This document shows positions 23,221 to 35,463 of a stretch of DNA of 64,000 nt, one piece after another. Every line of letters starts with the position of its first letter. The first letter of the stretch is position 1. The notes under the pieces were generated by a model. That model was not told where the DNA came from. It was given only the letters and a program-made list of their open reading frames with translations, and made no database searches. The stretch is taken from positions 1 to 64,000 of the forward strand of contig JAAILG010000036.1 in the NCBI GenBank assembly GCA_012026655.1, in the 5' to 3' direction. Position numbers and translations under genes: made by a program. This DNA is from Hydrolagus affinis. Its lineage: Eukaryota.

Positions 23221-24859
23221 ACACATAATTGACTCAGGTTCAGAACTTTAACTATGGTACTAGATTCCAAGAATTTGCAGTAAATTACCATTTACAATTG
23301 GTAAACTATTTTTTGACAAAGTCATTAAGTGACAGTTATTTCTGAATTTCAACATTTTAACTCGTTGGGGAGGCAGGAAGGGAGGAGAGCAATTAAAGTG
23401 ACATGATGATCCCATCCCACCGAAAATTCATTATTCTTTCTATAGCACGGGGGTGGGGATTCAGCGAATCACTGGAAAAGAACGTGCTACTGCACCTGTG
23501 TATTTTGTGTATCCTTCTGTGTGACACAAACATATGTTCGGTATCTACCAAACATTTTAGTTACGGTTCTTTATGGTTAAATTCAACCACGGATTAATGA
23601 ATGAAGATAAATAAAGGGGTTTCCCAATATTAAATATTTATTCAGCCATTTGTTTCACAAATTCAAAAAAAAACTTTGAATCCCACACCACCGAAGAAAC
23701 ATGTGAACCAAATAATAACAATTGCATACTACTCAATGAATATTAGATAAATGTTTGCTTCACTCCATAAATATATTTATTTTTGTCCTTGTAATGTGCT
23801 CCCTTTTCAGTCGGTTGCATTTTTATTAAAGTGATTTTGCATAACACACATTAGACCAGTTCTTTCTCTGGAACAAATTTCTATTAAAGTGATGGGAAGT
23901 AGCATATGTTGTGCCTGAGGCTGATACAGAGTTCCAGCTCTCCTGCTGTGTGAGTCTCCACTTGAATAAAGGACAGCCTGGGTCTTATTCTAAACCATCC
24001 CAGCAGGCTAGACAGTCTCTGACCAACACCAAGCTCAGCCTCTGCAACACAGCTTCAATAAAATAACTTTCATGCTTCTGTCTCTGTCTCAGACTGAATA
24101 AAAAATACCACAGCCTCCACGGTTTCTGCAAGTAATTCAGTGCACAAATGAGCTATGAGAATCAAGGGACACAGCATTTCCCTCTTAAAAATAAACACAT
24201 TATTCTTTCATACAAGTAAGATTTGGGGATTTGATTTTGGCTTCGATCCTAAAAGTCAGGTATTCGAAGATTTGACCTGCCAACAGAAGTGTGAATTTTC
24301 TCGTTCCACAAATGAACAGGGATACATCTTTCCCACCCACCACCAACACACAGCAAACCCCTAGGTAAACTAATACTTATTAGCTGTTCACTAACCATGA
24401 GACCACTGTTTGCCAGGCAGTGCTGCCAGCAAAATCTTACCTTTAACGGTGAGGATTCCACTGGCAATGAGCCTGGCATTTGTTTCAGTTTTTAGCTACA
24501 CACACTGAGAAAAGCCTTGATATTAAGAATAATGCCTTCCAGACGTTAGGTACAGTATGTCGATAAGATGTGAAAAGCGCTATATCGAATGCAAGGATTA
24601 TTATTGTTATTACTTTGACTATAACCTAAACATTATGTAACTAATGAACATTTTATACAATTTCAAATAAAAGTGAACACCAGTGAACAAGTGCACAATA
24701 GAAATACTTTTTTTTTGTTTTCCTTTCTTCTGTTTGTATCATCTTTGTCCAGTATTACGGAATCATATTCTGTAAAGCTTCTATAGCTGCCTCTGTACTA
24801 ATCTATCCTTAGCATCAGATACCAGACAATATTAATCAATGCTTCTTTAATCTAGTTGC

Positions 24860-25312
24860 TCTGCAGGCATGACCACTCCATCACCCTCACTCTCATTTGA
24901 CTTCATAGGCACCTCTCGTTCTCCAGCAGATTGAATTCGAGATCATTGCCCTCACAGTGAAATCTCTCCACAGCTTTGCCCCACCCTACCTTAGTAATCT
25001 CCGCCAATCCTAGCGACTCAGTTGCTCCCTCCACTCAGCGAACCAGTCTGCTTCAGGTCCCCAACCAGATTAGCTCTACCATCAGTGGCCAAGCTTTCAG
25101 CCTTTGTGACCCTGCTTCTGGAATTCCATTGCGGAGACCCTCTGCCTCATCCCCTTCCTCCCTATTTCTAATGCCCACCTTAGGACTTGCCTCTTTGAGC
25201 ACGTAATCATTCACCTTTCCCTTTCCTACCAGCTCTGGCACCCAGTCATCTGTGACAAGCTCTTTGGGACATCCTCCCAACATGCAAGGTGCTATATAAA
25301 TGTAAATTGTAT
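24860..25312 (+). mobile_element. Degraded L2 LINE 3' fragment
   Basis: QQIEFEI, LHSFAPPYL and GQAFSL remnants; tail CTTTGGGACATCCTCCCAACATGCAAGGTGCTATATAAATGTAAATTG. Confidence 0.78.
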
Positions 25313-27588
25313 CATATTGCTACATCCTTACCTTTATTTCCCAGTGGTAGCAGCCAACCCTATATATCTGTGCTCTAAAACACACCAGGATAGTTTTAAT
25401 ATTGGAGACTGTACAACCGAATTTCACAGCTTGAATGAATACATATTTTTGACTATCTCCAGCAGCCAAATCTCTACAGCCCAACTCCTCTAATCCAAAC
25501 TTGATAGTTCTGCTCAGATACATCACAAAATACACACAATCACATCATCACATCACTTTGTAATAAATATTGTGAAGCACTTTGAGACATCTGATGTGAT
25601 AAGGTGCTTTAGCAGATGCAAGAATTATTGTTTTATGGAACAGATCTGAATACTTTGCACCTTTCATGTCTTGAGGATCTTTCAAAGTGCTTGACAAAGC
25701 TAAAGATTCAATGTCTCACATGCCTGTCTTTACAGTCTGTAGCTGAAATGCATAAAGTGTCAATTAGCCTTGTTCAGAATTTCTGATCAGACCACTACAA
25801 ATCATCTCAGAAAACTTTGAAATCACACTGAAGCTATGAATCCAGTATGAGTAAGGAGAAGGCCATAGTTATTATTTCAAAAAGTACTTAGAAATTTAGA
25901 CATTTAGACCATAATTATATATTACTTAGGATTTATTACAATATAATGGACAGTGTTTGTTAAATTAAGAAGCGAAACTCCTGTTTCACTCAAATTAATA
26001 TTTAAGCAAGGTGACGGAGATCTGAGTCATTCATTGGAGAGCCAGAGAAGTCACAGATGGCAAGTATTTATTACTGTATTAGAAAGTTAGGCCTCTACAG
26101 TCTGGAGACATGAATAATAATATAAGGGATAATATATTGCTAACTAACTAATAATATTGCTAAAACCTATTAATAGAGAGGATAAAAACTTTATTCTCAC
26201 TGAACTGATTTATGATTACAGAAAGCTACAGCATTAAAGTCTTAACAGGAGGTGACTAAAGAGTTTCAGTGAAGAGGGATCTAATGAAAATATCTACCTT
26301 CAGGGTTTCTGTTATCCATGTCTAGGGGACTGGTTGTTATTCATGAAACCAACAAATTACCCTGCATGGGGTGAACTGTTTTCATAGACTCAAACTGTAA
26401 TTAGGAAGCATTACTTATGAAGAACTGTTGTATAATGTTCCTTAATGAGAATATGTGCAAATTGTTTCAGGTGAGTCCATAGATTATTTCAGGAAAACTG
26501 TGGATTAAGCGGAAATGTAATTTATGCCACCCTTAATGACATTTATTTGATCAAATCAAATAGTATGATTCTGTAATACCATGGGAAATAAATTGTGATT
26601 TCCTATTCTAAATCGTTTGTGTTCAGATTAGAAACAAAAGCCATTCGACAGTTCAAACTACCAATTTTGACAGAATTCACCTGGTTATAGTTTTAATTAT
26701 GCATACAGGCAGCAATGAAACATTCCACTTGTCATTTAGTGTGAGGCAAGTTGTATCACAACTTGGCAACTTAAGAAATAAAGTAATATCAATTTGCAAA
26801 CAATATCAATGTGTTTACTCTTCTATTTTCAATTCAACAGCATTTCTCCTGTTATTTTGTACAGCTTATCTGCCGAGATCACTTGTTGCACCTCTGTATT
26901 ATTCTTCAGACCAGCTATGTGTATATCTTAAAGGTGTCATTTATTCTTTTGGTTCTTGTGCAAATTGTGTTTCAATGAATGAAAAGTTAGTTTAGACAAG
27001 TTCATAAAAACAATCTACATGGTGCACCGGATGGCACTATAACTCAACAGTGTTCTTTCACCTTTACATTTGATTTGAAACCAAACTAGTCAGATGAAAG
27101 TGTTCTCTCCACTGGCTAGAACATTTGGCCCAACTAAATCAATTTCTCAATAGATGTTATTACATAGAATAAGCAATTTAATAGATACCATATTGATATT
27201 GCTCTGGGAAAAGCTAATGTCAGCTTGATTCTGAAGTAGGTGCATTGCTGCGCAGTGTTAAAAAAAAGTTTTACTTTATACTTCATTGATGTTATATTTG
27301 GTCTGACACTGCTTGATTCTAACAGTAGAGTCTAAAGCAAAATATTCATAGTTAATCATCAGAAAGACATTGGAAGACTTATATTTGTATAACAATAATA
27401 TAACAATAACCTAATACACACACCACAGGTACAGAAGGGTGAGACCCTGTATGATCAAACTCAAAGACTTTTTTGAAGAGTTGACATCCAAAATGCTGTA
27501 CGTACTGTGTTCTAGATTTCCAAAAGTTGTTTGATAATACAGTATACCATATGAATGATATCCTCAAAAACTGTTGCCACCGGATGTC

Positions 27589-29130
27589 AACAACCACAAC
27601 AATCTGCATTTCTATAGAACTCTTCATGCAGTATAGCATCCCAGAGAACTTGACAGTGACAGAATCTAATGCTGAGCGAGGGGGAGAGGGAGTGGGGAGG
27701 TGACCAAAAGAAAGGTCTTTATACAGGATTTGAAGGTGGGGATGGAGAGGGGAACATAAAGAGATTGAGATAACATAGTTCCAGAGATTTGGAGTGGAAT
27801 GGCTGAAGGCACGGGTACCAATTGTGGAGCAGAGGGGATAAGGAACAAACAGGAAACGGAGGCCGCTGAGAGGAAGCAGTGGGTGGTGGAGTGGGGTGGG
27901 GGGTTAAACAGATCAGATAGGTGTGGAGGTAGGAGGGCACAAATGGATTTAAAATGAGTGCGAGGATGCAAGGCCATGAAGGGATTTTAAAATCGATCCA
28001 TTGGGTGATGGGGAAACAGTGAGCAATGTGACAATGGTTTAAAAAAGGGAACCTGGTAAGGGAACGGTTCTGGGGTGGAAAGGAAAGTTGGGGATTGAAC
28101 CTGATGCCTAAATTGCACGCAGGTTTGGTGACTCAGAGAGAACACATAGAGGTTGAAAAGTGCAGATTTGCAAGAGCAAAGACATTGATGGGAGCTAAAG
28201 TGTATGACTTCCGTCTTGCCGACAGTCAACTACAGGAAATTTGCGCTCAATTAGTCCTCCCGACATGAAATGCACTATATAAATTAAATTTTGTTGTTGT
28301 TGTTGATACAGTTGGTGGTTTGTTAAGTAGCAGTCTCATTAAGGTGGATGATTGAGGAGAGGTGGTAGAGGAGGGTGATTGACTGTGTCAAACGTGGCAG
28401 AGAGGTCCAGAAGAACAAGGAGGTAGAAGGAGCCTTTAGTCACACAGAGAGAGAAAGCATCATTTGTTACTTTAATAAGTGCTTTCTTTGAGCTGTGGTC
28501 AGGGTGAAAACTAAACTGGAAGGGTTTGAGTAGAATGAATGGTGTGAGTGAAGTTGATTTTCAATGACACATTCTAAAACGTTGGCCAGGAAGGGCAGGT
28601 TTGAGATGGGACTGAAGTTAGTGAGATTGTAGGGATTGAGGGTAGGCTTTTTTAAGGAGAGGAGTGATGACAGCTGTTTTGAGCAGAAGTGGGACAGAGC
28701 CTAAGAAGAGGGACTGGGCAGAATTGGAGGTTTGGTGAGGTTGAGGTAACAGGTGGTGGGCTTCAGGTGGGTGATCATGGGGGAAAGGGAGAACAGAGAG
28801 ATGGGAATTAAGGAATGTGGGATTGGGGGCCGTGCAGGACGAGAGAGTGATAAAGGAGGCAGGTGGTGGGGGAAGTCGACTTTGGGTGGGTGGGATGGGG
28901 AGGAGGCAGCCAGCCAGGCAGATGTTATCTCTCTTAGAGTCTAGGATCTCTTCTCACTTGGCATCAGAAGTGAGGATCAAGGGTGCATCAGAGGGGCCAT
29001 GGAGGAGATGGTGAGTAGTGGAGAACACGATTTGGGGGCTGATTTTGGCGTTGAGAATGACCTGTGAATAGAAAGCATTTTTGTTTGAGAAAAGGAGCAG
29101 TGGTAGGTATAAAGATGGTCAAACCGACAT
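27589..29130 (-). mobile_element. Degraded L2 LINE (about 1.5 kb, purine-rich on plus), with an opposite-strand solo L2 tail at about 28255-28305
   Basis: LTVGKTEVI, PHLSDL, FKSCIKTFL and RPISNLPFLANVLE-like ORF2 remnants; tail at 27589. Confidence 0.75.
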
Positions 29131-29349
29131 CAAGGGTAAACATGGATATGGATTTGAAATTGCCTGAAGGTAAGCAGGCTGCAGATAGTCAATAGGGGAG
29201 CTTGTTTAAAATAGCTGGATATTTCAGAGTTCTGTACTAGGACTTCATCTATTCCTTGTGTACATCGATGATGGCCTGAATTTGAAGATTTAATGTAAAA
29301 TAGTTTGGTTTGCAGTTGGCAATAAAGCATTCCGTAGAATTACAAGAGG

Positions 29350-29860
29350 CAGCAAAAGGCATTGATAGGGTATAAACATGGGCTGATGGCTGACAAATGA
29401 AGTTCAGTACAGATACATACAGTACAAGGTACTCTATATAGGAAGTAAAATGGAAAGGACCTGTACCACATGGTGTGGGATAAACGTTGGTAATTGAGAA
29501 GTTGGGAGGGATCTAGATGTTGCTCACAATATCAAAACAATATGAAACAGAAATACATAAGGCTAAATGGATGGTGAGCTTTATTGACAAATGATTTGAA
29601 TTCAGATCTTTGAACTCATGCTCAAGATGTAGAGAACTCTGATTAGACTGTGCCTGCAGTATTCTGTAACATTTGATAACAGTTGCACAAAGGGCCAATA
29701 TAAGGATGATCACCAATGTCAGAGAGATGACCTGTGAGCAATGATTTGACAAGCTAGGGCTATTCACACTTGAAAAGAGACAACTCAGAAAGCACATTAT
29801 CGAGTTATGTAAGATTTTAAATAGGGTTGAGAAAGTAAAACAAATGCTGTGATGGGAGGA
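29350..29860 (+). mobile_element. Degraded CR1 LINE fragment
   Basis: W..QMKFS, DLDV and KLGLFTLEKRQLR-like remnants. Confidence 0.6.
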
Positions 29861-29909
29861 CATCAGAGTGAATATTTTGGAAGAGCCTTCATCATCTGAT
29901 CCTTTCTCA

Positions 29910-30250
29910 TTTTTGTTTGTCAGCCAGGTGTCTGACACATGCAGAAACCCATCACTGTGCTTCCGAGTATCCAAACCATGCTGAGAATTCCATGCTTCCC
30001 ACCTACACATGGAAATTCCAGAGATAGATTGTTGGAATGGAATGTATACTCTCTCCCTGGAGGGATGCATTCTGCTTACCTGATTCCTAACTATTAGGCA
30101 CAGGTTGGGGTATTGCTGAAGTCTCACCAGCTAACACCACAATTGAGAGCATTGCCTGGCAACATTTCCTGCTGCTTGTGCAGCCCATACCACCTGGCCC
30201 ATTAGGGCTTTGGTTTGCAGGATTAACAGGAGCTGAATGGGAAGAGTTTT
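29910..30250 (-). mobile_element. 3' fragment of RTE-like LINE (same family as 19600-22750)
   Basis: GTCAGCCAGGTGTCTGACACATGCAGAAAC, CACATGGAAATTCCAGAGATA and CTCTCTCCCTGGAGGGATG..TGCTTACCT match 21780-21965 plus 22643-22750 (reverse complement). Confidence 0.7.
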
Positions 30251-33200
30251 GCAACCCCCGCCCCACACCAACCCTCACCCCCACCCCAAACCAACCCTCA
30301 CCCCCACGCCCTCCCCCCACCACCACTCCCATTGGAGAATAGCCATTGGTTGTGAATAGGAATTGCAAACCTAAATCTAAGTCACAGCTATCTACTCATG
30401 TAGGTAACCTAATGTCTTTCAACTCAACCTATGGGATCTCGGTTTCAAGACCATTTCCTTTGATTAAAGTGAAAGTCAGATTTATAATACCTGTTTCAAA
30501 TATAGATAAACTATAAAATGGAATACTATGTTGTTTGATAGCTTGGTAAAGTAACACAAATTCAAAACTGGAATTGGTAGCATAGAAATGTTTGGCACAA
30601 TATGTGGCCCTACATTTTTAAAATCTAATTATTTGTTTATGTCACTGTCCAGCTCTTTCCCCATAATCCATTACATTTTGAAATCTGAAACAAAATGGAA
30701 AATATTGAAAAAAACACAGCAAAAATGATTTGAAGAATAAACAAGGTTTATGTTCTATGTATCATTCTTTCAACATAATTAGTTCTGATTACTGGTGCGC
30801 ATTGCGCAAAACTATTTAAAAAAAATTAACAACTCAAGACTCAACAACTCAATGAGTTCATTTTGCAACTGCAGTTTTGCTATTCATTTTGTCATATTTA
30901 TATCTCATCTGAGAAGGGAGGGAAATGGTTTAAAAGTTCCTAGACGTGATCCAGTGTGAAGGACACTATCTAAATATAAGTTGATGTTGCTGATGATCAA
31001 AAATGGAACATGCTTTTGCTTGTTCAGCAAACAAGTTTAATGTTTGCATAAATACCAAAAAGATTGTATCTCAACTGGACTAAAATATGGAATTTAATCC
31101 TGGGTTAAGGTCATTTAAAAGCTCTGGAATCAATGAGTTTCATAAACAAAAGAAGGGAATTATATGTACTTTCATCTGACTTGCTTTCCATTCATGTTAA
31201 TATTTTACTGGCAATTGTTCTTCACACTTTTTTTTATATATACTTCTTTGTATTAGTTTAACCATTGATCTATGATCCGTGACATATAAACAAGTAAAAA
31301 GAAGCACAACTGAGTTGCATAAATGCTATGGCAAAACAGATGGCCAAGAATTAATTCCAGATGTGCTTGAGGTCCTGATTTAGTGCCACTCATGCACATC
31401 TTTACTTAAAATTGCAAAGAATCTTAATGTACATTTCTAGGATCCATCCCTTTTAAATTACACCCCTCCCCCCACCCCCCCCCCCCCACCCATTAAAAAC
31501 CTGACTCATGTTGACAAAGCCTTCCAACACCTCACTAATGTGACCATAGTTGAGCTTAGACAGTCACTGTGACCATGAAGAGTTTCATAACCAAATTTGT
31601 TGCCACCCAGAGATATCTGCACATGTATACTTTCCAGCAGAGGTTATAGGATGAGATCAGATGCAAGACCACTTACTCATTTTTCCCCTCCCTAACCTAG
31701 TACAGTATCACTATGGCTAATAGTGTCTGCTGAAATGAATTAACTAAAGACATCCAACCTGTGACTGTCTGATAGTTGTCTGAGTATTGTACTACAGTGC
31801 CTTTACCCGTGGGGTTGGAGGAGGAGAGAGTGGGAAATTATTCCATTAATCAGTAAAGTGCTTTCATCCCAGCCAACATACCTGATGCAATGACATCATT
31901 CCACTCCATAGGTCTTGGAAAAGCAGATCAGTACGGGCGGCAAGCACTTTTCCTACTCAGCTACTGTAAACCCTGCAAGAAAAGCCGTAACTGGCAGTGT
32001 GGTCCTAGATGGACAAAGTGACATGATTCATAATATTGAGTTTTCAAAAAAACTTTGTTGTGGGAAAGCACCAATGAAGGGATAGGCATTTTGTCAAGGA
32101 AAATCAGAAGAGATCACTTGCACTGAGGATAGTCAATGAACAGTACTGTCCAATAACTGGAAACAGCTCACATGCCTACCCTCTTGGCTGGGTTTCCTGG
32201 GTGGCATGAGGAGATCATAGAAGAGGAAGCAGATGTGAAGTATTCCGTGCTATTCAATTATTATATATATATATATATAAAGCAAATGAAATAATGTAAA
32301 ACTGCTCAATTGCTTAAACTGTCCAATACTCCACCCCACTACTACTGTTATTTTGCACATTTTACGATTCAATTCTCTTCAAAAAGCCGTTTTAAGGATA
32401 AAATATACAATAAGGAGCCTGTTCAATTTGATAGGTAAAAGCCACATTTGCTGAAAACGCCATGAGAGGCTCTCAGCTCCTAAAGTGAATAATAATTGAC
32501 CTCCTTTTATCACATTAAATGCTGACCCTGGGCGATTGGTGCAGTTTAAAACTTTAAAATTAATATTCAGAGCGCACTGTAAGGTTTATTTTAAAGCACA
32601 AGAACCCCCAGGATTTGGATTTGCACTGGGTTAGAGGCTGTCCCGGGATTCCTGAGTCAAATTATCCCTTCAAATTCCTATCTTCCTGAGATCTGGAGAG
32701 CTGTTTCTAGTGAACCATTCTCCCAGGTCTCCTGCTACTTTGCTCAACTGGGAACGCTGAAGTTCAGACTTTTCATTAACCTTTTATTCAGATCTTCTTG
32801 GGGTTAGATAGTCCAGCATTAATCTCAAATCGCAAGAGGAAAAAAAATCAACCTTTTTTTTTAACAAAAAGAACCCTACAATGCTGTGCTTTACCAGTAT
32901 CCACAATGAGTTCAATTAAAACAATATTCTCTTTCACCATAATCACATTAAATGTATGAATGTTAAAATGACCCTAGTGTTTTCTTTTCCCAACTATGAT
33001 AATATTTGCAATTATTAACTAACAAAACATTAATGTTTCAAGACCAATTGCTTGCAACTGCTGGATCTGCAAATAACACACATATTTATTCAAACTGCTT
33101 CAAGGTAAAATTATGAAAGAATTGTTCAATAGTGCTAATTTTATTTTGCACTGATTGGGTGCTTTATCTTGGATGAAAATCTAAACGTGAAGAGTCTAAA

Positions 33201-34989
33201 AGCTGCATCAATTGGGCATTTACTGTAATGTGAACAATCGCCTGCTTGTCAGAAGGAACCCTGCAGTTTTGTTGAAGTTAATTTGACTAACGCCTTTTGA
33301 GAGGGTCTCAAACAAGAGTTGCAGGCAAATCATGCAGTTTCATGGAATTTCTCTTTTAGGTTTGATTCTATCTCATTCACATGCCATCCATTTCATAACA
33401 AAGAAGTGCACCGAACAACAAACATTGCATTCAACCTGAAACAATTAACTTGTCTTTGATCCACATTCATTCATGGATGCAAATAATAGGTGATCTTTTA
33501 ATAGAATTTGTCTTTATAGATTTCATCTACTCCGGGATCATTTTCTTGCTAAAATCACAATATAATAAATGCATTTTTCAAAACAAACACAACACCCAAA
33601 CTGAATTGAACAGCAGACAATTTCAAGTGCAATCAAGAACAATATTCGGTGCAGCTACAAAATGAAAGTAGCAATATTGCTCAACAATAAAATTTTGATT
33701 AATTAAACCAATAAATAAAATCACTTTGATATTGCTTCTCCTGATAATCCACAATGGGATGTTTGAGGAGAAAATCCTGAAGTGTTGTGAAACAATCATT
33801 GTGCAATTTCTCTTTAACAGCTTGAATGGTTAAAATGGCTTTTGTTATGCTTCAGAGTTCATACACGTGTGTTTTTTTTATTTATTCATAGATGTGTGTA
33901 TGTGTGTGAGTGATGTTGAATAAAACAAGCCCCAGTATCAAATAGCTCAATTCTCCACGCCTGACACCAACTGCTCCCGTTTGCTGAGCTCTGTCAACCG
34001 TTTACCCTGATAATGACTGGGATTTGTTAAACGGTAAATTAATGAAGAATGAAAGATCCAGGTTGATCAGTTCTAGCACACGCTTGCCTCCCCTCCGGCA
34101 AAGTGCCCAAGGCAGGAATTACACTGAAATAACAGTTGGCTGTCTGCTGCACTGGAGAACCATTTTACAGCCCATTTCATGCCAGAATGCAGAGCGCTGG
34201 CTTAAACCAGGGTCCATGAAGGGCAAATTACTTCATAAATTAAGAGACAATATCCCTTCTGCAGCACTTTTATTCGGCTATCTGTCTACCTTTCTGTTCT
34301 GGTAATTGCTGTTAAAAAAATAAACTACTAATAACTTCATGTGACATGAAAGTACATGGTTTCACGTGATACACATTATACCATTGTCTGCATCTTTGTT
34401 ACCCTTCTGTGTCCCCCACAAACACACAATATGGTTGAAATGTAGTAATAACATTATTGAACAATCAACAAAAGATTTCAAAGATTTCAAACTGCATTTG
34501 AGTTGAGAATTGTGATTTCTGATTTCGGTGAATCAGATATTTTCAACACAAATCTAATGTAAAGCGTAGAAAATGTCTTGCAGATTAAGGCAGCAATTCA
34601 TTTTTGTACTATTCCTGAAGTTTAGAGCAAGGAGGAGAAAAGCAACCAAACCAGCCTATGGCACTTTCACACAAAGTACCAGTGCCGCTCACTAATCATC
34701 CAACCCAAGTCATATTTGACCAGGGAGGAAAAGAACGTCATCTTATGTAGTTTCTCTCATTCATACATCTCGTACATTACTGTCCCAAATTGACAGCTGC
34801 ATTCGCCTACAATATACACAGCCATTACACTTTACAGTAATTACTGTGAAGCACTTTGAGACATCCGCCCAATGTGAAAGGTGCAAAATCAAATGCAAGG
34901 ATTATTATTCCTCCCCATAATTTGGCAATATCAAGTTAAAGCCCCCTTCTATCCTCAGGGAAGATTATGCATGAATATTAGTAAGATGT

Positions 34990-35146
34990 GGAGTCCTGTA
35001 GCTTAATGGTTAGGCCAAAGGACCCGGGTTCGATGCACAGGCAGGGGAAAACCTTAGGCAGGTTTCCTTACTCCAAGTGCCCCTGTTTACCTAGCAGTAA
35101 GTAAGTTGTTATCAATGGGCAGATTGCATTCAGGGATAATAATAAT
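34990..35146 (+). mobile_element. SINE family A 5' part, long-form variant with extra central segment
   Basis: Head GGAGTCCTGTAGCTTAATGG..GGGTTCGATGC, then CCCCTGTTTACCTAGCAGTAAGTAAG..GGCAGATT. Confidence 0.7.
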
Positions 35147-35165
35147 ATAGTAACCCTTACATTTG

Positions 35166-35463
35166 ATAATAACAATAATGATAATAATCCTTGCATTTGA
35201 TATTCTGTACTGCTTTTCATAACCTCTAGACATAAATACTGTAAAGCGAATTGATTGCATAGTTGTGGGCGAAACGTGGCAGCCAATTCGCTTTGTCTGC
35301 ATTTCAGCAGTGTCCCACAAACAATCATGGATTGAAATGACCAATTTATTATTTTTTTTTGAGGGATTATATGGAAACTTGCCCAAGGTTTTGCCCCACT
35401 TCGAATTGAACCCAGGCTTCTTGCTTGCAAGGCTACTGCTCTAACTACTGAGCTACAGGACCC
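35166..35463 (-). mobile_element. tRNA-derived SINE (family A), full length
   Basis: Reverse complement of the family A sequence from tail to head. Confidence 0.88.

Noticed and set aside
29513-30127. 204-aa minus-strand ORF
   Set aside because: Spans antisense CR1 and the RTE-like 3' fragment; no protein family signature.
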